A stretch of 62,287 nt of DNA, the filler included. It is 8 parts of 8 records of this genome, joined end to end, with 100 filler letters (N's around TTAATTAATTAA, not from the genome) between each part and the next. Parts side by side here need not be neighbours in the genome. Positions count along the whole stretch, not along the records: positions 24,243 to 36,636 come from SRR15195285_394; positions 36,737 to 43,496 come from SRR15195285_401; positions 43,597 to 50,715 come from SRR15195285_402; 5 more parts are not named here. One strand, given 5' to 3'. A program made the translations under genes and the position numbers. Of the stretch, positions 33,501-44,776 are shown in pieces. The notes under the pieces were generated by a model. It ran no database searches. It saw only the letters and a list, made by a program, of their open reading frames with translations, and was not told the DNA's origin. Numbering within the stretch: the stretch's first letter is position 1; each line of letters starts with the position of its first letter.

Positions 33501-35652
33501 CCGCAACCTCTGGTCGATTGACGTCATTACAGCACAAGCCTTTTACAAGAGAACAGACGCCAGAACTCCAAACCTGCTCTGGGGTCATCGGGACAGCACG
33601 GCTGATTATCCCGCATGCCACTTTAAGACGATTAGTCAAGCTGGTGGGGTCTCTGGAGGTGCTGCCGACCGGACCGATACGTCGCCACACGCTGCAGCTC
33701 CCTAGGATGTACTTGCACGGCAGTGCAATGCGCAGTGAGGAGAAGCGCTCCTCCAGATCAGTACCGTCATCAGAAAACTTACGCCCGGCCAGATAGCATA
33801 TAGCCATATTTGCACGCACTAGCTGGTCCACTCGAACAATGTATTTCTGCTGCAGGGTTGTTGGTAGGATTGGGCTCTGTAAGGCCAGTCGCTGTCGGAG
33901 CATGTAGGCCAGGCAAAACAGCATGTCTTGCGCGATATCCAGGCGACTCTCGCCTATGCGTTTACAATATTGTCTTTGCAGTGCGCCGCATAGCAGCTGC
34001 CCGCTGCTGGATTGCATTTCATCTAAAGTGGCTGGGAGCCCGGTCAAATGCCCGATCGAAGAGTCAATGTCAGCAAACACTGCAGCGAGCACTGCGCCAT
34101 CATTGTGGCACAAAAATTTTACGGCTTCGTCGTGACTGTGCTTCTTCAGAGCTGCCAGCGCCGACATGGCAATTTGCAGTGGCCGTTGCTCACCGGCATG
34201 TAGCTGACTAGCGAAACTGGCACGCGCTTCTTGCCGGCAACGAGCAAAGTCATCTTCATCTGTCAGTCCTCGATACAGTGTCCGAGCAAGTCTCGCCAGC
34301 GGGCGACTAGCCGCGGTTTCCACCTCCAGAGGGTGAAAAGAATCCCAGACGACGAGCAGCAGACACGTGTGCGATGCAATCACGAGCTTGTTGCCGTCTT
34401 TGCCGCACTCAAGATCTGCGCTCAGTAGCCACGGGTCTTCGATTGCTGACGCAGCTTGCGTCGAGTCAGCGTCACTGACCAGCCCACGCATCCAGTGCTT
34501 GCTGTCGCTTGCCTGACGTTCTCGGTACAAGAGAACTAGCTTGTCTGCTGATGATCGCATCAGAAAAACTACCACAGCCTCCTGATTTTCACCAATGACT
34601 TGGACACCAAGCATCTCTCCGTCTGCCGGTGGTGACTCTATCGGCACAGATCTTGGCTGGTCCCGCCGGTTTTGTTCAATGTGCCATAGCGTCGCTACGG
34701 TGGTATTGCCATCGGTCGTGGCGGCCACCAACACTCGCACGGAGCCGTTCGCATGTACATTGGACTCCACCACGCTCTTAGTCACGCGGAGGCCGCGCAT
34801 ATCGAGGTGCTGCTGGAACAGAAATTGCGAGCTTGGGGCTGGTCCCGACAAGGCCAGCTGCCACACAGCCACTTTGCCATCGGCGTGTACCGCAGAGATG
34901 ATGCCAGACGCACGGTCGCTCAGGCAAGCAGACACCATGACGACTGCACTTGTCGGCTGCCCGCGACCGAAGAAGGCGAGCATCCCGGCGCCTCCCTCGC
35001 CGAGCGGGACGACGACATGCGGGCTTGCCTGTTGCGCGTGAAAGCACACCGCAACAGCCTGGCCATGGTCAGTGCCGTACACGCACGCCTGCGCGCCAAT
35101 GGCATCGAGTGCGGTGACACGGCCTTCCACTGGCACGTTGTGTGTTGGCTGCAGTCCATTTGCCAGGCCGCTTGCGGGATCAAACGGGGCGGCGTCGGGG
35201 GGCAGTCGGAGCTCGAGCCGGAACAGCCGGGCACCGCTGTCTGCTGCGAGCAAGGCGTACAAGACTAGCACGTCCCCGTCGGGATCTGCAGCGGCACAGC
35301 ATTTAAATGCCTGCGGTCCCCCGCTGTAATCTCCCGGCAGCAGTACGCTCACGGCGGAGGTTTCGCAGGCGCGCTCCAGGTCGCCCGGGCGGCGCCCGTC
35401 CTCGGCGCCATCTCCGTTGTCCTGGTACGGCTTGAATAGACGCAGCCGGCCCAGCACCAGCTGCCACGCTCCGCGCGCGTCGTGCACAAGCTGCCACAGC
35501 ACCTGGCTCCTCCCCACGGCGAGCAACCCCGTGCGTGCGCAGGCGGCGGGGGCAGCGCGGCCGTCCCCGACAGAGAGCGCGATCGAGGGCAGCTCATCGC
35601 TGAAGTCGACGAGCGGGAATGCTCGCAGCAGCCGATCGCCACCGTCACCCAT
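30551..35652 (-). CDS. NUP160: Nucleoporin Nup160/Nup120 with a PDZ-like insertion near the C-terminus; 7 introns in the 3' part
   Basis: Nup160 C-terminal signatures: FGYALKINDVESAYHAMTSNPD...SLKMLVHAL, EVASILLERAR, YFKSLYAFH..QNMQKAAEAMY, YLMVAISSLRM...WI, LPPWL, CVPWNLI. Beta-rich N-terminus. Introns 32362-32428, 32108-32183, ~31723-31782, 31406-31487, 31239-31308, 31009-31092 and 30629-30716 keep the frame. Confidence 0.8.
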
Positions 35653-36025
35653 CACGTGCTGCTCACTGGCGTCCCGCCATGCGCTGCTACTTGTAATGCC
35701 CCCCGCTACTCCTACCCGGTAGTAGGTGGGCCCGCGACAGCCCTTGGCCAGTGTGTCCACACTAGACGAACAGTAAGCGGTAGCTCGCGAATTGATTCGC
35801 GGAGTGCATCGCAGCTCAGCAGTCGAGGCTGACCTGGGCACTATAGGATCCTATCGGGACTCTTGAGGAGTCTCAGCCTGACTGATCCCTAGCTAGCGGT
35901 AGGAACTTCCCCTCCATCGACGGCATGATTCGGCCATGCACCGGACATCTGCCTGTCGTCGGGAACACACGGACTCGCCAGCAGCGAGCCGAGCGAAAAG
36001 GGCAGCTATTGAGCACGGAGGCGGG

Positions 36026-36553
36026 ATGAGCGAGGCCATGCTGGAGAGGCTCAAGGACGAGCTGGAGCTGGACCAGACGTTGAGTGGAGAGCAACTGGTG
36101 GCGGCTGCGCGGGAGTCTTTGCACCTGCCAGAGACCGAGAATGATCTTGGGTCGCAGGTGCGCGAGATCTGCGAGGAGCTTGGAATCGATCCGGAGGAGG
36201 AGGGCACGCATCAGCCGGGGCAAGGGATGTCGTTGGTAGCAGAAGAAGGGGTGCCTCCTTGCGGCCGGGTCACGGCGGACCACAGCGATGACGGTACTGC
36301 CGCGGGTATGGTTGCCGGCACGACCGAACAGGCGCATGCACCTGGCACTGCCCCACCGTCCTACGACGCCGCCCTGGACCTGCTCGAAGACCCACGCCAG
36401 CTGCACGCACGTGTGGCTGCAAGCCCGGACAGGTTTTCCAAGACGTCGCCAGTGCCATGGGCACAGCAGCTGCTCGCACAGTTGTCGCTGCGCAACGAAT
36501 TTCAGGGCGACCGGCTGCACAGATCCTTCATCAGGCTGGTGAGAGATGACTGA
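36026..36553 (+). CDS. Hypothetical protein (small acidic helical N-terminal domain, PPSY motif)
   Basis: Open frame with protein-like composition, divergent from NUP160. Begins MSEAMLERLKDELELD...VREICEELGI. Confidence 0.55.
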   Translation: MSEAMLERLKDELELDQTLSGEQLVAAARESLHLPETENDLGSQVREICEELGIDPEEEGTHQPGQGMSLVAEEGVPPCGRVTADHSDDGTAAGMVAGTTEQAHAPGTAPPSYDAALDLLEDPRQLHARVAASPDRFSKTSPVPWAQQLLAQLSLRNEFQGDRLHRSFIRLVRDD

Positions 36554-36636
36554 ATGCACTCTGACCCCCGCTTCGATGCAAGCTTCACAGTGCCTTAGTC
36601 CTCGAGATCCGATACTACCTGGTTTACTTGCGCTCT

Positions 36637-36736
36637 NNNNNNNNNNNNNNNNNNNNNNNNNNNNNNNNNNNNNNNNNNNNTTAATTAATTAANNNNNNNN
36701 NNNNNNNNNNNNNNNNNNNNNNNNNNNNNNNNNNNN
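36637..36736. other. Artificial contig linker
   Basis: N44-TTAATTAATTAA-N44. Confidence 0.98.
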
Positions 36737-37103
36737 GGTCTATAGGCACAGGAGGGCCAGTCGCCCCTGCACCTGCTGGCAGAGCCGCCGGGTTGAGGTA
36801 GACGCAACCGCACGTCGCTTGATCGGCTGCTCACTGATCTGCGGTTCATCAGTGAGCAGGCACGAGGCAGGTGAACAATTCACTCGCGCTCGCGCCTGTA
36901 TAGTACAGCGAACTACCGGAACTAGTGCTGCTCTAGTAGCGTGGTGAAGGTAGTCCACTCTATATCCCTGCGGCAGGCAGGAGACAGAGTTGCGTTCGAC
37001 AAGTGACGAGTGAACGACAGACGGACGAGCGCAGTGCGCATCAGGTGGCGAGAGGGTCGCATCGCCCTGTGAGACTAAGGCCTTCAAGAGTTGCATCATC
37101 TAG

Positions 37104-40100
37104 ATGTCGCTTCGGCTGGCGCCGTCGGGCAGTACGCGCACAGCGCAGGCGCGGGAGAGCGCGAGCTTGCGGCGGCGGCTGCGCGCCGCCCACGGCGAAG
37201 CGCCAGCGTCGCCGGAGCTCAGTGGCAGCTTCGCACGGAAAGAGGTGCGGGTTGTCGATGCTCAGGCGCAGTACGCTGAGAGGATTCGGCGACGGTTGGA
37301 GGCCGCGCTCGAGCCACCGTCACCAACGTCACCAAGGTCACCCAGCGCGTGGAGCAGTCCGGGAGGTTCGATTGGAAGTGAGCGCTCGTTAGCGTCATCG
37401 ACGGCATCTGCATCCACGCGACCAGCTTGGGACGACTCGCCGAAGACCGATGGCTGGAGAGCAGCCTCTGCACGCTCGCCAGTCAGTGGTCAGATGGCAC
37501 GCGCCTACTCACCAACGCGAGAGACTTGGTTTGGCGCGCCCAACAAGGACTTGTCCTGGGCGGCGTGCGAGAAGGAGGCACGACAGCTTGCTCAAGCGGG
37601 AGCCGAGGCGCGTGCAGCACAGCAGAAGCGAGTCGAGCAGATGACCGTGGTCGCCAACAGCCCGGTTCCTGCCATGGCACTTGCCCGCAGCGCAGGTTAC
37701 TCGACATCTGAGTGGGACGGAACGACGAGGCGCCAGAGACGCCGACCATCAGTCACGGGGTCTACCTTCCCGGCCTCACACACAGACGATCACACGAGCA
37801 GGTCTGGCTACAACCGCTCGCCAAGTCCACGCAAAATACCATCAAAGTCACTGAGGCGCCGAGTGAACATGGACGCAGTCCCTGCCGGTTGGGAGACGGC
37901 AACATCGCAGACCACAGGAAACGTCTACTATGTCAACATGCTCACTGGAGAGAGCACCTACCAAACGCCAACTGCACCGGCGGCTGCCGCCCGGCGTTCC
38001 CGCGCCGGCGGACGTTCCGGAGAGGAGTGGGCATCGGATGTTCTGAGTCAGCTCGATTCGTCCTCATCACCTGCTCCAACCGGGGTAAAGTCGGAGGTAG
38101 TTGCTCGGGCGGCTAACGAGGCAGCACGCAAAGGCCGTGAAAGCAAGCTCCAGAAGCAGATGAACAGTGCGGTGGATCGAGAGCTTGCTGCTCAAGAGGC
38201 TGCCCGACAGAAATCGGACACGAAACAGGCCAAGAAGCGAGAGGAAGAGCAGACAAAGCTTAGAGTCGCTGAGCGGAAGGCAGCTGAGAAAGCAGCGAGA
38301 CAGAGAATGCTGGCGGAGAAGAAGGCAGCACAGAAGCAGGCTGCTGCCAAAAGGCAAGAAGCACAAGAGAGGGCCGCATCGGACAAGAGGACAGCATTAG
38401 ACCAGGCGAAAGCCCTTCGGGCCGCGGCTTACGCGAAGAAGAGAGTACCGGAGGCGCGCGAGCCGTCTAGTGCATCTTCCCTGGGTAAAGGACGTGATGG
38501 TGATGCAGAGGTACTGCCAGAAGGGTGGGAGGAGCATCGATCGAAGAGTACTGGAGAGATCTATTGGCTAAGTACTGTGACGTGGGAGCCCGTGTTTGTT
38601 CAGCCGACTGCACCCGCTATTGATGCGAAAACACCAACAGAGACTCAAAGTCAACCTACCGACGGGCCGAACGAGATATCGATTAGTGCGGAGGCAGACG
38701 TTGACCTGCAAGCACAGCCTCACACCAACGTTCACCAGGAGGCAGCGTCGAAACTGACACCTAAACCAGGAATGGTTACTGCAGCACAACCTGAACACCT
38801 CCCTCAGGCTCAATCTGAAACTGTGCTCGAACCTGAAACCAAGCCTGAACCAAAGCGTGAACTCAAGCAGGAATTCAAGCGACAGACCAAAGATGGCAAG
38901 GCCAAAGACCTGGCAAAGAGGCAAGCAGTCGCAGAGAAGAAAGCGACCGAGGAACTGCAAAAAGCGCTCACAGTTGAAGAGGAGTCACAGTTAATAGAAC
39001 CCGAGCCCGAGCCTGAACCTGAGCCCGAGCAGGAGCCCAAGCGTAAGAAAAAAAACAGAAAGGCCAAAGAAGCGGCGCAGAAGCAAGCAGCCGCAGAAAA
39101 GAGAGCGGCTGAGGAACTGCAAAAGGTGCTTGCAGCTGAGGAGGAGGCGGCGATGCTAGAGCAAGCCGACAACTCCTTCTCCAGTACATTGTCCTTACCC
39201 ACCGGCTGGGAGGAAGCGCGATCTCGGAGCAGTGGTGAAGTTTATTACCGCAACTTAGTCACAGGAGAGAGCACGTATGAATTTCCAAAGTATCCGGCTG
39301 ATATTCCCACTTCAGTGACGGATAGAACCGACAACCCTGATACAGATGTTGGGCTAGCGTCATCTACTACTCCCGACAGCAGCGCTGGCACAGAGGTAAC
39401 GGGTGCAGTCAACGACAGGTCTGAGCATTCAGCGACTCTCGATTCTGTGTCTGAGCGAATGGGAATTGCACCATCAACTTCATCTGCAGCGTCTGACGTT
39501 TCAGCTGTCCTTGCTCCCAGCAGTACCACTCTACAGTCTGAACTTCAGCAGCTCAAGCTGCAGGAACTGCGCGCGCGTGCTGCAGATTTGGGAGTCGATG
39601 CGGCTGCAATCGACGTAGCTAGGGATGCACATGACCCCGAGCAAGAGCTGATTGTGCTGATAGTTGACGCGGAAGCATCGCGTCTGTCCGCACCGACGGA
39701 TGAATCTCAGGCTGCTGAACCGCAGCAAGTGCTTAGCATTGACCTGAACTCTCTGCGCGACGAACTGACGATCTATCACGCATCTGGCCAGAAGAAACAC
39801 CCCCGATTTTTCTGGTTGACTCCTCAGTCAGACGGTCAGACCCAGAATGACCATTTGTTGCATTGGGGCAAGAAGCTAGACGCTCGACAGGCTAAGTTTG
39901 AGAAGCTTATTCGAGTGATTGATAAGCCAACGATCCCAGATGCTGAGCGGCTCTTCTATGATATGGACGAAGACGACTCTGGCTATCTAGATGACAAAGA
40001 AGTTGCAACGCTGTACAAAAAGGCCAGGGGTGAAAAGCTTAGCAAGAGCAACCTAGGCAAGGCAATGCGTGAGATGGACAGCAATGGCAACAACCAGGTC

Positions 40101-41643
40101 AGCATTGACGAGTTTCGGGCATGGTGGTTGAAACATGGCGGTGACCTGGAGCAGCATCGGGACCGGGCTTTCACGTTTGTGTGCCAAAGTGGCGCTGAGG
40201 TGCTGGTGGTGGCTAAGGACATGGAGACAAAGAATCGCTGGGTTGGTAGCTGCGCTCAGCTGCTACCGACAGCAGCATCCGACAACCTGGCACCGTCCGG
40301 TTTACTCACGTTGTACCACATGACAGGACAGAAGAAACACAGTCGCTTCTTCTGGATGAACGCCGAGTCAAAACACATCAGCTGGGGCAAGTCATTGAGA
40401 TCGAAAACTTGCAAAACAGAACCGTTGCTTCGGGTTATCGGTGCACCAGGGATACCAGACGCCCGCGAACTTTTCCACCAGACCGACACAGACAATTCTG
40501 GGTACCTTGACTCCATGGAGGTTGCGGCGCTATATAAAAAAGCGCGTGGGGAGCGCCTCGCTGGGAAGAAGCTGAAGGAGGCGATGAAAGTCATGGATAG
40601 CGATGGGAACGACCAGGTGAGCTTGACAGAGTTCGAGGAATGGTGGGCGAACAACGGCGGAGATTTCGAGCAACATCGCACCCGGGCGATGACATTTGTA
40701 TGCGGCAGCGGCATCGAGCTTCTTGTCGTTGCGCCGGACATGTCTACCAAGCGCCGGTGGTTGAAAGGATGTAAGAAGCTCGGTTTGCTCGAGTGCGTCA
40801 ACGAGGCTGCCCCACAGGACGCAGTACCTCAGCATGGTAGTCATGTAGATACGATGCGATTGCAGCAGTTAGAGAACACCCTACCCGTTGGCTGGGAAAC
40901 AGCCACATCGCAGAAAACGGGTGATTCCTATTACATCAACACACTGACTGGGGATAGCACCTACGACATGCCAACGGCGCCCGCTGATACATTACAGACA
41001 GAATTCCAGGTGATGACCCCGGCTGTCCCAGCACCAGCACAGACACCAGAGGTGGTTCAGCAGCCCACAGCAAATTCACAGGACAGCCAGAAAAAAGCCG
41101 CCGACTTTGACAAGCAGGCGGAGAAGGAATTAAAGAAGCTTAAGAAAGAGGAGGCAAAGCGCGCCAAGAAGACTGCGAAAGACCAGGCTAGAGAGCAGAA
41201 GGCAAACAAGAAGAAAGGTGGAGCAGAACCGCCGCCACCTGATCTCACGGCGCTTGCGAACGATCTGCCTGCTGGCTGGGAACCTGCCGAATCGCGCAGC
41301 ACCGGCGATATATACTATGTCAACACCGTTTCTGGAGAATCAACTTACGATCGACCATCCGAACCAGCTTTTACCGACTCGTTTTTGTCGACGGCGGGTT
41401 CGGAGGAAGTCGGTGCGTTTCGTCCCTTGCCTATGCCACACACACGTTGTTGATGTGCTAGCTTGTGGCGATGACTCTGACAATGATTGTGACTGTCCCT
41501 GCATGATATCAGATGCCTTGCCCGAGGGTTGGGAAACACGTGAGTCCCGCTCAACAGGTGAAACATATTATCTCAACGTCTTCACAGAGGAAAGCACGTA
41601 CGACTGTCCGACAGAGCCTGCGCCGAGAATTGCGCAGGGCTGA
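37104..41643 (+). CDS. Scaffold protein with six WW-like domains, coiled coil, (PE)n tract and two PH domains each interrupted by an EF-hand pair; intron 41413-41512
   Basis: Six LPxGWExxxSxxTGxxYYxNxxTGESTY-type repeats. Two units of LTxYH..GQKKHxRFFW...WGK...[DxDxSGYLD, DSxGNxQVS]...RAxTFVC..LxVVAxD..TKxRW. The GTGCGT..ATCAG intron adds the sixth WW. Confidence 0.85.
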
Positions 41644-41913
41644 GCAATATCAACGGCTAGTGATGCACTAATGGATATGACGTGGTATCTGTTATGAAAC
41701 TCCAGCGCGTTCATTTGCTCGTATCAAACGTAACCAGACCGCCGGCTCGCGAGCAGGCTGCTGCCCAAGTTCATACAATGCGCGTGGACACTCGCAAAAT
41801 TGTAGACAATCATGCAATGATTGTGTACAAAAGACGATGACAAGCGTCTGTAGATGTACAATGAATTCAATCGCTTCAGCCAAGACTCGACCCCGCAGCA
41901 GTATGATGGAGTA

Positions 41914-43328
41914 CTAGAGCACTGGGGAGTACCGTATGGCTGTGTAGTAGCCACACAAGAGCGTAAAGGCGGCCATCACCGTATAAGGATGGACCTTATG
42001 CTGTGCTGCCAAGCATATGGACAGCACCACAGCCGGCCACCAAATGACGAAAGTGTACCACGGTGCGCCCAAGAACAGCGCGTGCATAAAAGATTCTTTC
42101 TCGTCCTCGTGCAGCCCGACCAGTGAATTGTCGGGAAAATCCGTCTTGGCATGGATGCGGAAGGTTGACTCTGGTGGTACGACGATGAGCAGCGTCAAGA
42201 CTTGCAAGCAAAGGTTGACTAGCAGCAATACCACGGACGCCGGGACAGCTGGGAGCTGCATCTCTCCGAGGTAGTAGCGCCGGACCATGCTCTCGGTTCC
42301 GCTTCGCCCTAGCTGCAGAGGGATCACGCTAACTAACGTGAACCACGGCGAGGTCTCTTTGATAGCCACAACATGCTTCAGAAAGAAGTGCGTCGACATG
42401 CAGCAGCTGTGCAACACCAACACCCCAGCACAACACGCCGCCCGAACCGTAGGGGACGCGTGCCTCGCGCCAGACGGTTGCAGCCCGAAGAGATCGTACA
42501 GCGGGATCCCGCAGGACCGAAGCACCCAGTACCCGAGCCAGATTCCAAAGGCGTTGAACGTCAGGACGTCAAGCCCCCAGCTGTCCCAGACACACTCCTT
42601 AAAGTTCGGTAGCACGTGCTGAAATGAACACTCACAGATCTCAACCAACGGCGAAAGCAAGCAGCACAGGTAGAAGTCACGGTAGGCCAGCATCACTAAG
42701 AAACAGGTGATGAAGTGGAAGAACAGGAAAGCGTCTACTACTTCGGCAGGTGGCCACGGGCCTCCAGTGACCCACAGTTGACAGCTGCCCTCGGCCGCGT
42801 AATCGACCTGCTCGCCCCCGCGTTTGCCACCGACAGAGGCGGCGAAGTCGTCGATGTCGTTTAAGTACAGCACACGCGCGAAGAACATGCAGGACGCCAT
42901 CGCGAGTAGCGCGGCGGCCGCATCAAAGTAGCGCACAAACATCGACGCTGGAGTCGGCCCGGCCCTTCGGTGACGCCAGCAGTCGGGGTCGGGCTGTGCG
43001 GGGTCGGGGCAGGATGAGGCCGGCGCGGGAGTGGAGGCCGGCGGAGGAGGAGTGAACACCTCGGACACCTTGAGCAGCGCTGTTCACACACCAGCATGCA
43101 AAGATCAGCGCGCGACGAAGATACAGTACTAGGCACGAAGCGTATATCCATAGGCAGTCGCGTTTGCTCACCCACAGCCAGCAGGATGGCTGCACATCCT
43201 GCTGTCGTCCCAGCGGCCTGCGCCGCCGGCACTCCCTGCCAGCCGAGCACGCCAGCGACGAGCGACACAGCGGCGGCGGTCCACGGCGAGCGCAGGAGCT
43301 CCACAGCAGCTGCGCGCCCCTTCGACAT
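41914..43328 (-). CDS. Base-exchange phosphatidylserine synthase (PTDSS/PSS family); intron 43080-43171
   Basis: DAFLFFHF...LVEICECSFQHVLPNFKECVWDSWGLDVLTFNAFGIWLG keeps the His/Glu/Glu/Asn/Glu/Asp/Asp/Asn pattern of PTDSS1/2. Many TM segments. Confidence 0.82.
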
Positions 43329-43496
43329 ATATCGCACTGCACGGCGCTCGGCGGGGTGATGGCGTCCCTGTCGACCTCGAGACCAACGTGTCGACGGAAG
43401 GGGTTGACTGATGGTTGGAAGGACTGTGTACTGTGTACACACTGTATGACTCTGAGTGATACCTGATAATAGTGATACGCCGGAATCATGATCAAG

Positions 43497-43596
43497 NNNN
43501 NNNNNNNNNNNNNNNNNNNNNNNNNNNNNNNNNNNNNNNNTTAATTAATTAANNNNNNNNNNNNNNNNNNNNNNNNNNNNNNNNNNNNNNNNNNNN
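43497..43596. other. Artificial contig linker
   Basis: N44-TTAATTAATTAA-N44. Confidence 0.98.
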
Positions 43597-43740
43597 GCAT
43601 GGGATAGATGGCATATGTGGTTCGGCAGCGCGCGCGCGCGCGGCAGTCATTGACGCCGCCGAGGGAGGGACAAATTTCGCTCGGCTCCCTTGGCTTTGTG
43701 ATAGCCCACTCCTATGTGCTGGTGATATCTAATCCCATAC

Positions 43741-44544
43741 ATGGGTGAGCGACGCACTGGAGCACGACGGCGACGATATGGAGTGGGCCACAAAGTCGAC
43801 GCTGCTGACCGAGAGACCTTGACCTTTCGCCTTGAGAGCCCAGATGCAGAGCCAGCGAAGCTGATCATCAGCAGCACGTCTTACGATGAGCAACTGAGTA
43901 TAGAGCGCGATCAGCTAGGCGGCACAGACGAGTATTTCTACGGCTGGACCGGCGCTCGGGTGTGGGAGGCGAGCCTCATCATGGCACAGCTTGCTGACGC
44001 ACGCGGTCGGTCATTTTGGCGAGATAGACGCGTGCTCGAGCTCGGGTGTGGCTGTGGTCTAAGTGGCATTGCGGTGGCTGCACTCGGTGCGGACGTCGTG
44101 TTGACCGACCTCGTGACACAGCAGGCACAGGCAAATGTCGCACAGACATTCCGCTCCCACATGGAGCCACCTGCTGTGTGTCGACTGCGTTGGGGTGATT
44201 CGGGCGCGGACTTATCGCGAGTGGCCGAGGGCGGGAGTTTCGATGTGATCATTGCAACAGATTGTATTTACAACACAGCATCGTGGGCGGCACTCCTTTC
44301 GACGATCTCGGTGCTGAGCAGACCGGGAACAGAGGTGCTGATTGTGTCAGTGCAGCGTGGTGATGGGCACTCGGAATTTTTCGAACTGGCACTTTCGAAA
44401 GGCTTTTTGGTTGAAAACCGGACGCATAGTGCCGAGTTGCGGCGAGTTCTGGAGAGCGAGACGTGGCGTAGGCAGGCCGGTGGCGCGCAGCCACATGCAT
44501 TAGAGTACCACCATCTCGTTTGCACAGCACCGGCTCGCATATAG
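43741..44544 (+). CDS. Protein-lysine methyltransferase, METTL21/Methyltransf_16 family
   Basis: TGARVWEASLIMA, RVLELGCGCGLSGI, VVLTD, LRWG and FDVIIATDCIY motifs. Confidence 0.9.
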   Translation: MGERRTGARRRRYGVGHKVDAADRETLTFRLESPDAEPAKLIISSTSYDEQLSIERDQLGGTDEYFYGWTGARVWEASLIMAQLADARGRSFWRDRRVLELGCGCGLSGIAVAALGADVVLTDLVTQQAQANVAQTFRSHMEPPAVCRLRWGDSGADLSRVAEGGSFDVIIATDCIYNTASWAALLSTISVLSRPGTEVLIVSVQRGDGHSEFFELALSKGFLVENRTHSAELRRVLESETWRRQAGGAQPHALEYHHLVCTAPARI

Positions 44545-44776
44545 CCGTCAAGTTGCGGCGCCGGCGCGCAGAGCACACTGCGCGCATGTGGACCTTAGCG
44601 CTGGGTGTGGTTTCACCTCTGCTCAGCGGTTTTCTAGCTGTCAGCGGTTTTTTACCGATTGGGTACCATGAGCAGCGAATGAAATGATACAACTTATTGT
44701 TTTCGGTTGTGGGCCCATCGCACGTAGCACAACACCACAGTGCATTGGATACAACGATGTTGCGCGGGTGCTACTA

